Shown piece after piece: positions 49,100 to 62,352 of a DNA stretch of 64,000 nt. The position numbers and the translations under genes were made by a program. The notes below the pieces were generated by a model. It was not told the origin of the DNA. It ran no database searches and saw only the letters and a program-made list of their open reading frames with translations. The stretch is from Leucoraja ocellata (taxonomy: Eukaryota), in assembly GCA_036785375.1 (NCBI GenBank), contig JAWMAR010000122.1, forward strand, positions 5,890,001 through 5,954,000, written 5' to 3'. Every line of letters starts with the position of its first letter. Position 1 is the first letter of the stretch.

Positions 49100-52000
49100 T
49101 TAAATCTCTGGATGAGTGACGGCACTCCATTTCAAAATGCTTTGCAAACTTCCATGACAGATGAATGTGTGACTGAGGAATTGGTGCAGGGAACAGGAAT
49201 TCAGATTTTTGGATCTCTTCTGGGGCAGTGGTGACCTGTGCAAGAGGGATGGGTTGCACTTCAACAGGAGGGGCACTGACATCCTTGCAGGGAGGTTTGC
49301 TGGTACTACTCAGGAGGGTTTAAAGTAGTGCTGGGGGTTAGGAACCAGAGCATCAGATCAGCAAATGGAAGGGCTGCTGAGAAAGTGGAGGTCTCAATTA
49401 TATCTTAAATAAGCAAGTCTCAAATCAAAGACAGGCAGGGAGAGGTTCATGAATACGGGGATAATGAAGGGCTGAACTATGTTTGCTTCAATTAATATTG
49501 TGACGAAAGGTGATGGAGCCTGGCTCAATGCTTAGAATTATGATATTGTGGTCATTACAGAAATTTAGTTGTGCGAGGAACACTATTTGGGCTGAGGAAG
49601 GATGTACTGGCCCTGGAGAGGATCCAGAGGAGGTTTACACGAATTATCCCAGGAATGAGTCGGTTATCTTCTGATGAGCGTTTGACGGCACTGGGCCTGT
49701 ACTCGCTGGAGTTTAGAAGAATGAGGGGGGACTTCATTGAAACGTACCAAATAGTGAAAGGCTTGGATAGAGTGCATATGGAGAGAATGTTTCCATTAGC
49801 GGGAGAATCTAAGACTAGAGGTCATAAGCTCAGAATCAAAGGATGTTCCTTTAGGAAGAAGCAATTTCTTTAGTCAGTGGGTGGTGAATTTGTTCCCACT
49901 GAAGGCTCTGGAGGCCAAGTCAATGGATATTTTCAAAGCAGAAATAAATAGATTCTTGATTAGTACGGGTGTCAGGGATTATGGGGAGAAGGCAGGAGAA
50001 CGGGGTTAGGAGAGAATGATAGATCAGCCTTAATTGAATGGCAGAGTACACTTGATGGGCCGAATGGCCCAATTCTACTCTTATCACGTATAACCTTATG
50101 ACTGGCAGCTCAACCTGCTTAGGTTTCGATGTTTCAGATGAGATAAATAGTTGGGTAAAAAAAGGTGGAGTAGTTGCTTTGTTAATCAGGATGTCACGAT
50201 GGTACTCGGCGAACATATTGGAGGGTGTGTCTACTGAAGCATTATGGGTTGAACTCAAATAATCTATTCTAATGAGATTATATAGGCCTCCCAAAAGCAA
50301 GTGGGAAATGGAGGATCATTTACGTAGACAAATTACAGAAGTATGTAAGCACTGCAGGGTTGTTGTGGATGACTAACTTCACCAATATTGACTGGGACTT
50401 ACTCGGGGCAAGAGGGTTAGATGGAGCAGAATTTGGTAGGTGCACCCAAGAAGGTTTCCTTAAACAGTATGTGGATAGTTGACTCGAGGATGGACTATAC
50501 TTGACTTTGTATTGGGAAATGAACCTGGTTATTGTGACTGGTGGTGCAGTGGAAGTGGAATTTGGAGATAGTGATCACAACCCCACAGGTTTTAACCAAA
50601 AAGAGAAAATGCTCGAGTAACTCAGCGGGACAGGCAACATCTCTGGAGAGAAGGAATGGTTGACGTTTTGGGTTGAAACATCTGCAGATTGAGTCGGGAG
50701 AAGGATAAAGAGAGATAGGGAAGGGCATGTAAGGCATGAAAAGGAGAGATCAAATCAGACAATGATCGAGGAAATGTACAATGGTTCATTGTTGGCTCTG
50801 GGGAAGGTGACAACGAGGCAGACAAACAGTAAAATTAATCTGGGGATAGTGAGAATAGTAGGACAACTCTGGTGTTGGAGGGAGAGGGGGAAAGCCAGGG
50901 TTACATGAAGTTTGAGAAATCAACATTCATACTGCTGGGTTGTAAACTGCAAGCAAAATGAGGTGCTATTCCTCCAATTTGCATTTGACCTCACTGTGAC
51001 AGTGACGAGGCCCAGTACAGAAAGGTCAATATGGGAGGGGAGTTGGTGTTTAGCAACTGGGAAATTGCGTAAGACCAGGCAGACTGAGATAAGGTGGTCA
51101 TTGAAATGATCGCCCAGTCTGGTTTTAATATTTTGAATAGGGATAGGTCTGGATGTTGAGGGAAGGCAGATTACAATGTCATACGGCAGTAGCTAAGGAG
51201 AGTAAATCAGGAGCGGTTGTCATTGGGTAGTCCACAGATGTCACGTGGGACTCATTTAAAAGCCATCTGATCAAAGTGCAGGATCCGCATATTCCGGTAA
51301 GAAGGACTGATGTGGATGACCAAGGAGATTGTAAACTTGTTCAGGAAAGAAAAGTATGTGTATGTCAGGTTTCAGAAGGTAGGCTCAGATGGCCTCAGAG
51401 CAATATTAAGCAAGAAGGAAAGAACTCGAGCGGGCAATCAGAAGGGGCCCTGAAATGCCATTGACGAGTCGGATTTAAGTAAAATCTCAAGAGTCTTTAT
51501 ACAGATGTTAATAAATAAAGGGTGACCAGAGGGAAGGTAGGACTGCTCACTAAAATGAGGAATCTATGCTTGGAGTTGGAGGATGTGGTGGTGGTGCTGG
51601 GGCTCTTGAAGACATTAAGGTGGATGTTCTCAGACATCTCGTGATGGGATTTATCCGGTTATTGAGGAAGGCAAGAGAGGATATTGGGGGTAGACACAAA
51701 AAGCTGGAGTAACTCAGTGGCGGCATCTCTGGAGAGAAGGAATGGGTGACGTGGCCTTGACCAGGATCTTTGTTGCTTCTCTAGCCACAGGTGAGGTCCC
51801 GGAGGACTGGAGAGTGGCCATGTTGTTCCTTTGTTTAAGAAAGGAAGTAGAGAGAATCTAGGAAGCTATAAGCTGTAGAGCCTCACATCAGTGGTAGGGG
51901 AACTATGAGAGAGAATTATTTGTGACAGTATTTACTCCCAATTGGAAGAGATTGGGCTAATTACGGATAGTCAGCACGGCTTTTTCCATGCAGGTTGTGT

Positions 52001-53130
52001 CTCACAAACCTTATTGAGTTTTTTTGAGGTGGTGACAAAGGAGATTGATTAAGGTCGGGGGATGGATGTTGTGTATATTTTAGTAAGGATTTTGGTAAGG
52101 TCCTGGTAAGGCATGGTAACTGATCCAGAAGATTGATATGTGTGGGGGTTCACGATGACTTGGTCGTATAGATTCTGAGGTGACTTATTCGTAAAAGACA
52201 GGGTCATTGTGGAAAGTAGATATTCTGGCTGGAGGTCTATATGTATTCTAACTGAAGATGAGTTGGTGAGTAAGTTTACTGATGACACTAAAGAGGAATT
52301 GGAGACTGTCAGAAAATACAACGGGATATAGATCAGCTGCAGAAATGGCAAATGGAGTTTAGCATGAGCAAGTATGAGGTGTTACACTTTGGGAGGTTGA
52401 ATGTAAGGAATTTGATGTACAGAGGGATCTTGTAGTCCAAGTTCATAGCTCACCGAAGGTGGCAACATAATTCAATAGAGTGGATAAGAAGGAATATGAT
52501 ATGCTTGCCTTCATTGCTAGAGGCATTGAATATAAGAGTCAGGAGGTCATGATGCAGCTCTATAGGAATTTGGTTGGACTGCATTTGGAATATTGCGTGC
52601 AGTTCTGGGCGCCCTATTACAGGAAAGATGTGGAAGCTTTGCAAAGGGCGCAGAGGAGGTTTACCAAAATGCTGCATGAATTAGAGAGTTTAGGCTACTG
52701 AGAGAGGTTGGACAGACTTGGGTTCTTTTTTCTGGAACATCGGAGGTTGAGGGGTGACTTGCTAGAAGAATATAAATTTGAGAGGCATAGAAAGGGTAGA
52801 CGGTCAGAACCTTTTTTCCAGGATAGAAATGTTCTACAGTTAAGGCATAACTGTAAGATGAGAGGGGAAAAGTTTAATAGAGGTGTGTGGCGTGAGTATT
52901 TTGCACTGTGGGTGTGTGGGGGGGGGGGGGGGGGGCTGGAACACATTGCCTGGGGTGGAGCTGAAGGGTGATGCAGTAGTGGCTTTTAGATAGGCACATG
53001 GAAGTGTAGGGAACAGAGGGATATGGATCATGTGCAGGCAGATGAAATCAGTTCAGCTATGAATCCCGTTCGGCACAGTCATTGTGGGCTGAAGGACCCA
53101 AAGGCCCTAAGGGTTGCTATGCTTTGTATG
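49100..53130 (+). mobile_element. Long decayed CR1 (ORF1 esterase, APE endonuclease, RT) with nested younger CR1 (~49580-50100) and pLTR inserts (~50596-51120, ~51690-51752)
   Basis: RDGLHFNRRGTDILAGRF (SGNH esterase-like), NYDIVVITE, GGVVALLIR, LYRPPKS, QHGF..GCVS.NLIEFFE, SKFTDDTK and LEYCVQFWAP appear in order. Confidence 0.8.
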
Positions 53131-54421
53131 TTCTGTAAGGCAATCTCTGAAGAGTTATTTTCAGTTCCCACCTATTCCTGCAGTAGCAGTTTCTGGATAG
53201 TCAATATTTGATTAACTAGGACTTGCTCTTGTATCATTTTCTGGCCTTTGTCTAATTATCATGGCTTCAATTTTAAGTCTTTACACTCTGGCCTTTTCCA
53301 CATGAAGCTGTGTAGGTATCCCTTGTATGAATTAAGTTCCAGTCTGTGCCAACCAGCATGAATAAAGCACAATACAACTTATTGCCCTAGTTTATGTTGC
53401 CCTGCTTTTATTGCCCTAGCTTTTTATTGCTCTGTGTGCCACTTTTCAGGGTTAAATTGTGAAATAAACGCTGAGTGAATGAGATGTAGACACAAGGAAG
53501 ATACTGGCGTAACAAAAATGAAAAGACAAAGTGTGAGATAAGGATAGAAGAAGCGTGAAACGTGAAGCCAGAGGAAGAAATATAGATGTAATAGAATATG
53601 GGGAATGGAAGAAATGGTTGCACATCCAGGTGGAGGACAAGGAAAATAGGGGAAAATGGGAAGGGCGGTGTGTTGTTTACCAAATATTGGAGAATTCGGT
53701 GTTCATTCCATTGGGTTGTAAGCTATCCAAGCTGAATCTGAGTTGCTGCTCCCACAATTTGCATGTGGCCTCACTCGGGCAATTGGGGGATCCAAAAGGT
53801 CTTGGCGGACCAAGCGAAAGGGTTTAGTAAATCTAGTGAGTAAGAGATCCTGTCATAATGACGCTTAAATGAATGTGTGTGAAAAGTTTGGTAGCTTGTT
53901 TGAGGCAAATAGAATTATGCACAAGTTCATGCTGAAGGAGTAGCAAATGGCCTGATGAACCTGTTTTATGGAAATCCATGATTTAATTCAATGAATCTGC
54001 CTTCCCTCTGTCATACTTTGGTTAAATTAAAGTCTAATACTCAAATATAATGTTCAAGTATCCATTGTAGATAAGGGCTTGGTCCACACCTGACATTTCT
54101 TGCATGGGAAAAGCATTAGTCTCAAATTTAGTGTTTGTATCACGTTAAACTTGATTAGATTTGCTGAATGTTTCCTATAAAATTATGGTACCTATGTTGC
54201 AAACTAGTTAAGAATATATAGTGACGATATTACATAAATAATAAATTATTAGAAGTGCCATTACGTGTATTATTACATATAATAATAAACATTAACCATG
54301 GGTGGTTAATTTTAAAATCATATACATGCATCAAATTTTGTCGGCCAAACGTAGTTTTAGATGAAAAAGCTTCTATAAACAACATAACTTAACTAATCTG
54401 GAAAAGTCTACAGATACGTGA

Positions 54422-54544
<123 letters not shown>

Positions 54545-55653
54545 TAAATGGTGGTTTATATTGCAAATGGTGATAGGTGCACAACAATTTCCACAACTTT
54601 GAAATAATGGACCAAACGTTGCATGCAATTATTGCTCCTCAACATGGTGCATATGGACATGCTTTTCTTGGATTCTCCAGTGTTTGCTTGCTTTACAGAA
54701 TTATCTGTCCAAAATAGCACTGGCAGCTGGATCTGGCAAGTGTTAATTTTGTCGGGTGGGCAAACCAGGGTAAGCGTCACCTCTGCTATAGCAGCTAGAT
54801 AGATACTCTGCCAGCCATCCAAGCCGTGGCATTAGCTTAGTGAAATCTATAACATTTTTTTTAAAGCGTGGCCTGCTAGGGCAGCGTTGACCATCATCCC
54901 ACATTTACACTGTTCCTGTATTAATCTATTTTATATTTCCCTCCACATTCTTATCAACACACCTCGGATTCAACTACTCCTTACAAGCTAGGGCAATTTA
55001 CAGTGATCATTTGACTTGCTAATCTACATGCCTTTTAGGATGTGGGAGGAAACACAAGCAGCAACAAAAAACCTACTCGATCATAGGGAGCACATGCAAA
55101 CTCCATATAGACAGCACCCAAAGTCAGGTGCTGGATCACCGTCGAACAATATTTAAGCAGATTTTTTTAAATTTATATTTCCTTATGCTTTCATGGATAT
55201 TTCAAAGCAATTCCTCTTCTTTCCAAGATTGAACCTGCAATTCTCCTTTGTTTAATCTATCAAAGATTTGGCTGTCAGGTTCTTTCATTTTGTATTTCAG
55301 ATTACTTGGTAATCAAATTTCCTGTCAGTTCAATGACGACTTCAAACCTACGGTTTTAATGCCTTTCTGAGCACCCATAATCGTTTTCTCACCTGCTTCA
55401 GAAAACAGAGAGATTAATATATCTAGTTCTTTACCACAAAGACTGATATCAATCAGCATTGCTTTCAGATACATTAGGTAAATTTTGTCTGAAAGTTAAA
55501 AACTTTTACTTCCTGTCGTATTCCTGTGTTTCCAATGGTAATCTGTTTTTCGCAATATACACATCCCTTTTAGTTGAATACACTTTTTCTAATTAAGGAA
55601 TGCCTTCACTTGCTAACTTTAGCAGCTTGGAGCTAGCATAAGTTTTTGAATAT

Positions 55654-56040
55654 ACATAGAAAATTGGTGCAGGAGTAGGCCATTTGGCCCTTCGAGCCTG
55701 CACCGCCATTCAATATGATCATGGCTGATCATCCAACTCAGTATCCCCATCCCTGCCTTCTCTCCATACCCCCTGATCCCTTTAGCCACAAGGGCCACAT
55801 CTAACTCCCTCTTAAATATAGCCAATGAACTGGCCTCAACTACCTTCTGTGGCAGAGAATTCCACAGATTCACCACTCTCTGTGTAAAAAATGATTTTCT
55901 CATCTCGGTCCTAAAAGACTTCCCTCTTATCCTTAAACTGTGACCCCTAGTTCTGGACTTCCCCAACATCGGGAATAATCTTCCTGCATCTAGCCTGTCC
56001 AACCCCTTAAGAATTTTGTACGTTTCTATAAGATCACCCC
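55654..56040 (-). mobile_element. Young CR1 3' end
   Basis: GDLIETYKILKGLDRLDAGRLFP..FFTQRVVNLWNSLP; very similar to the 15.9-16.3 kb copy. Confidence 0.9.
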
Positions 56041-56671
56041 ATGTTATATACTTTGGTTGCTTTTTCTTTAAAATATTCTGAATTATGTACAGTTCAAACT
56101 GACGATGCTTATATTGATCTCTAATTATTAATAGATCTAAGATTCTAAATGTATATGGAGAAATAGGAGTGGGAGACCTTATTATGTAGTTGTAACAATA
56201 GAATGAAATCTTGTCATTATTACATAATTTCAATATTACTAGTTATTGGGGATTTTGTTTTAAACATCGCTTGAGATAATTAACCAGGCATTAACTTTTA
56301 AAAAAAAAAAGGTCAAAAGTTCCATAAGAGAAGGGCCATTGGAGCAACAAAGTTTGCTATCAACGAAATCAAGATTGTTTTCATTTCCTCTACTATTCCC
56401 ATAAATGATCATTACCCATTTCCCAATATTGAGTGCTATTATTTAGAACCGATAAGCTTTAACCAGTGGCAAGGAAAAAAAATCAAATGGGAAAATTGAA
56501 TGCTTGTCATGTGAATGCTCATCACCGGTCCAACTGATGCTATAACATAAGGACTTATTCTCACTCCTCAAATCTTAAACAAAAACTTGGATGGAATGAC
56601 TTTCAATGAAAATTAGACCCTTGCCTGAAAATATTTACTTCTAATCAGCCAAGTGGTGCTCCAGCATATAA

Positions 56672-56923
<252 letters not shown>

Positions 56924-57219
56924 TGATAATTGGACAATAATAATTCTAAAACTGGAATCTAAAAAAGATTGAAATTTCAACCAGAAAAATCGAACATTTT
57001 CATGCCTCATCTGCAATTCATAATGCTGGCAGGCCAATATGTGATTCTCGACACATCAGTGCAGTTGACTTTTAATTGCCTCCTAGAATTCAGGAACAAT
57101 TAGAGATAGATAATAAATCCTGACATTAGCCGTGCCATCCCTGTGTGAATAAATCAAAAATTTCAAATAATTATAATGCAGTTAATGTACAATACAGATT
57201 TTAAAAGATCAATTTGAAG

Positions 57220-58320
57220 GATAATTGTGAGAGGAATAGATTGGATAGACGCACAGAGACTCTTGCCTACAGTAGGGGAATCAGGACCCACAGGACATGG
57301 GTTTAAGGTGAGGAGGGAAAGGTTTATTAGGAATCTGAGGGGTAACTTTTTCACGCAAAGGGTGGTAGGTGTATGGAACGAGCTGCCAGAGGAGGTAGTT
57401 GAGGCAGGTGCTATCGCAACATTTCAGAATCATTTAGACCGGAACATGGATAGGACAAGTTTAGAGGGATATGGGTTTAGTGTAGATGACACATGTTGGC
57501 CGGTGTGGGCAAGTTGGGCCGTGGTGCCTGTTCCCATGCTGTAAGACTCTGACTCTATGATAGCCTTATGCTTTCCTTCAAAACAGCATTGTGGAATAAC
57601 TAAACTGAGAAACCAAACAATGCATGCATTATGTTAGAATGGTAAGGAAGCTATTACAGAGGATTCTACGAGTTCAAATGTACTCATTTGGACTGGCTAA
57701 TTTGCGATAGTCTGCATGGCCTTATCCCCAGCAAGTCATATTTATGAACGATTGAGTTTTTTGAGTTGTCGAAGGTGATTGATGAGGTAGACCAGTGGAA
57801 TTGTCTCTTTGGATATTAGTAAGGCATTTGATAATGTCTGTTATTCTGGCTGGAGGTCTGTGACTAGTGGAGTACAGGAACCTCTGCTGGGACCTTTGTT
57901 ACGTGTGATATATATAACTAACTTGGACGTAAATATGAATGGGTAAGTTAGTAGATTTGCAGATGACACCAAATTTAAGGACCGTGGGGAAGGCTGTCAA
58001 AGTATACATGGGCAAATAGCTCACTTGGTTAGGCTGCATTTCAAATGTGTGTTCTAGTCGCCCCATTACAGGAAGGATGTCAGAGGTTAAGGGGAGAGCT
58101 AATGAAAGTATGTAAAATTGAGAGGTATAGATAGGTTGAAACCTTTTTTTCCTCTGGTGGATATGTCAAAAACTAGAGGGCATAGTTTTAAGGTGAGACG
58201 GTAAAAGTTTAAATGAGATGTGCATGGCAACTTTTTTTACACAATGGTGAGTGTTGCAGGAGCGTTGGGGGAGGCAGATAAGAGTGGTATTTAAGAGGTT
58301 TTTATAAAGACGTGGTTTGA
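57220..58320 (+). mobile_element. Two CR1 fragments (3' end 57220-57560; decayed RT 57690-58320)
   Basis: NLRGNFFTQRVVGVWNELPEEVVEAG; RFADDTK remnant. Confidence 0.75.
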
Positions 58321-58970
58321 ACAGTTATGTATCGTGCATTCACCAGTGTCAAAATAAAATTTGCCTCCTACATTTTTACCTACTCGTCATAAACTAATGC
58401 TCTCTATTACTTAACATTTCCGAACTGGGGGTAAACGACTGTCACTATCTAACGCCCCTCATGATTTTATAAACTTTATCGGGTTCACTCTTAGTCCCTG
58501 AAGATTCAGCAGAAATAATGGTTTGCCGAACCTCTCCATTTAACTAACATGCTGTAATCCAAGCAATGTCCTTCACCATTTTCCAGCACCGTTTTCACCT
58601 CCACATCCATCCTTAATGTGGTGACCTGAACTGCTTGCAATACTCCAAATGTGGCCTAGCTGAAGTTTTATACAGTTGTCACATGAATTCCCAACTTTGG
58701 GACTAAATGCCCATACCAATCAAGGCACCTCTTTACCAACCTACCCACGTGTTGACACTTTCAGGGAAATATGGAGTTGCATCCCAAGATCTCTTTGTAC
58801 TTCAATGCTCCTAAAGGACTGGCAATTTACTGTATTCTTGCATCTTGCATATAGTCTTCAAAAATGCTTCACCTTGCATTTGTCTGCTATAAACTCTCTC
58901 TGCTAGGTACACAAAAATGCTGGAGAAACTCAGCGGGTGCAGCAGCATCTCTGGAGCGAAGGAAATAGGT

Positions 58971-58998
58971 AACGTTTCAGGCCGAAACCCTTCTTCAG
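58971..58998 (-). ncRNA. Minimal hammerhead-ribozyme-like core (left arm)
   Basis: Reverse complement CUGAAGA-AGG-GUUUCGG-CCU-GAAA-CG-UU. Confidence 0.55.
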
Positions 58999-59295
58999 AC
59001 TGATAGGGGGTGGCGGGGAGAAGGAAGGAAAAAGGAGGAGGAGGAGCCCGAGGGCTGGGGGATGGGAGGAGACAGCTCGAGGGCTAAGGAAGGGGAGGAG
59101 ACAGCAAGGGCTAACAAAATTGGGAGAATTCAATGTTCATGCAATGTCCTTCATGCCCAATGAACATTGAATTCTCCCAATTTTGTTAGCCCTTGCTGTC
59201 TCCTCCCCTTCCTTAGCCCTCGAGCTGTCTCCTCCCATCCCCCAGCCCTCGGGCTCCTCCTTTTTCCTTCCTTTTCCCCGCCACCCCCTATCAGT

Positions 59296-59323
59296 CTGAA
59301 GAAGGGTTTCTGCCCGAAACGTT
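59296..59323 (+). ncRNA. Minimal hammerhead-ribozyme-like core (right arm)
   Basis: CUGAAGA-A-GGG-UUUCUG-CCC-GAAA-CG-UU. Confidence 0.55.
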
Positions 59324-60261
59324 ACCTATTTCCTTCGCTCCATAGATGCTGCTGCACCCGCTGAGTTTCTCCAGCATTTTTGTGTACCTTCGATTTTCCA
59401 GCATTTGCAGTTCCTTCTTGAACAACTCTCTCTGCTAGTTCTTCACCCAAGTTTCCAACTGATCTTTATCTTGCTGTATCCTTTGACAGCCTTCCTCACT
59501 ATCCAAGTCCACCATTTTTTGTGTCACTAGTATAAGAATGAATAATAATTTTTGACTCAAAATTAATGTCTAATGCCATCTGTTAGATCTTGTGGCGTTA
59601 ATAATAATATAATTACTTTAAAATAAGACATGGCTGAAATAATTTCAGTTTCCAGGCTTTTTTTAAATGCATATTCTTGTGAATTATCGAATTATCTGCG
59701 ATAAAGGTATTATTTCTTTACTATTTTCACAATATGTAAATGTGTTAAAAATTTATATTTGCAATTCAAGCATTAGCTTTTGCACCAGGTTCAGAACTTC
59801 AACAATTTTTTAAGAGATGCTATAAAGACACACATAGAATTCATTAGATATTTTAATTGCATTCAGTTAATTGTGAAATTATTTTCTTTGAACTTTAATT
59901 TGTTTAAAACCTAATTTTGAACATAATAAAGTTTTAAGAAAAAGAATTCAGGTAAAATTCTTTTGAAAATGAATTTTGAGATTAAATGTTTATCAGCAAA
60001 CAAACCAAAAACCATATTTTTAAATGAGAATATTAACTCTAAACATTGGCAACTGGTGATAACACTTATGGATGAGATGGTTAATAAAATAATAGATATA
60101 ATAATCCTGGAATAGTCCAACACCAAATTATGAGATGAAAATGGATGGCATGGCAAGATAACATTTTGCTTTCACTAAGGGAAGTAAATAAGATTTTCGT
60201 TATCTGTGCACTTAACTTTGACACAGTTTAAAGTATATTGTTACTGATTTGATTCTGTTAA

Positions 60262-60399
<138 letters not shown>

Positions 60400-61436
60400 T
60401 GAGTATCTTTGGAATCATTGTACAATCTATAGGGCCAATTCATTTTTTAATATTGTAATATCACATCCTATTAATGTTCTGTTGCACAATTTAAAAAAAC
60501 CCACATGATGAGGAGGCTTTAGAAAGGGTGTAGAAGAGACTAACTGCTAACTCCACGCTGTATTTCTAAACTAAACTAAATGGTTAGCAACTTGGAGATC
60601 CAAGGCAGACCAGGTGCAAATGCTCAACAAAACAGTCACCTAGTCTATGTAAGCTCTCCAGATGTAAAGAAGGCCACATCAGGAGCAGTGAATGAAATAG
60701 ATGGAGGTTAGAGAACGTTCATGTGAACCGTCTCATCTGGAAGGGCTGATGGAGTCCCTGAATGGATGTACCGTATGAGGTGTTGCATTTTGGAAAGTTA
60801 AACTAGGGCGGGACCTTCACATTGAATGGTGAGCCTTAGGGAGAGTATAGAGCAAAGGGATCTAGGAGTACAGGTACATAGTTCCCTAAAAGAGGTGTCA
60901 CAGGTAGAAAGGGTGCTAAGGAAATATTTTGGTAAATTGGCCTTCAACAAAACAACTTACCATGAATCATTTTTATTATTAAATGCCTTATCAAATGCCT
61001 TGTTGAAGCCCATATAGACAACATCTACGGCTTTGTCCTCAATATTGTTAGTTAGTTCTTCATAAAACACTGAGATTTTGAGACACGAACAAAACCATGC
61101 TGACTATTCCTAATTGGCCTTTGTCTATCTAAATGCATGTGTATATTATCCCACAAAGTACTCTCCAGTTACGTGCCTAGGGCAAATGTTTGGCTCTCTG
61201 GTCTATCTATATTCCCAGGCTTTTCCTTGCAGCCTTTTTTAAATAGAGGCACAACATTCGCCACCCTCCAGTCTACCGGCACTTCCACTGCATTTAATGA
61301 TGATCCGTATGTCTAAGCCAGGGTGCCTGCAGTTTCTTGCGTAGCTTCCCAGTGTCCTCTGATATATCCAAGAGATTTATCCTCCTTCATACGACTGAAG
61401 ACATTCAGCACCTCAACTGTAATACTAACAGTCCCC

Positions 61437-61703
61437 AAGGCATTGGCGCAGTGGTAGAGTGCCAGAGACCTGGGTTTGATCCTGGCTACAGATACTGTCT
61501 GTATGGAATCTATGTTCTCCCTGTGATCGTCGGAAGTTTCTCTAGGTACTCCAGTTTCCTCCCACATTTCAAACAGATGCATGTTTGCTGGTTACTTGGC
61601 TTCTGTAAATCATCCCAGCATATAGAATGGAACTAGTGTGAATTTGTCATCGTGGACCTGGTGGGCTGAAGGGCCTGATTTTACGCTGTATCTCTAAACT
61701 AAA
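61437..61703 (+). mobile_element. V-SINE (HE1-like)
   Basis: TGGCGCAGTGGTAGAG head, GGTTTGATCC B-box, V-core and CTAAACTAAA tail. Confidence 0.75.
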
Positions 61704-62352
61704 GACACTTAAATTAACTGTCCCAAACTTTATCACATTCTTCCTATAGGGTGTCAAATGCCACCTTCATGATACTGTCCACCTGACTTGCCACTATCAG
61801 GGGACCATGCACTTGTACTCCTATTAATGTTCTGTTGCACAATTTAAAAAACCCATATGATGAGGAGGTTTGATCACTCTATTCTGCAACACTCTCCAAG
61901 CTCAAGCATTTACTGAGCAAGTGACCTAGTTTGACATACCAAAGTGCAATACCTCTCACTTTTTTAGAGTTAAATTCCATTGGCCCACCATCCCAACTGA
62001 TCACTGCTTGTTGTAAACTTAGATATAGAAGCAGAGTCATACAGCATGGAAACTTATCTATGCTGACCATGATGTCCTCATCTAAGCTGGACCCCTTTTG
62101 CACAAAGGGTGGTAGGTATATGGGAGGAGCTGCCAGAGGATGCAGTTGAGGCTGATACTATCGCAACATTTAACAGACATTTGGACAGGTACACGAATAG
62201 GAAAGGTTTAAAGGCCAATGGGCCAAACGCAGGCAGATGGAGCATCTTGGTCGGTGTGGGCAGGTTGGACCAAATGGTTTGTTTCCATGCTGGAAGACTG
62301 ACTCTAAAATTGGAAATCGTGCAGCAGAGATTGAAGGCTTGAGCCACAATTT

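Larger units (their letters stand above)
58907..59423. mobile_element. Palindromic Penelope-derived insertion (two inverted pLTR arms) with 15-bp TSD
   Basis: Arms 58907-59140 and 59160-59387 with a 19-bp spacer; TSD AACTCTCTCTGCTAG at 58892-58906 and 59424-59438; inserted in a decayed minus-strand CR1. Confidence 0.9.
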
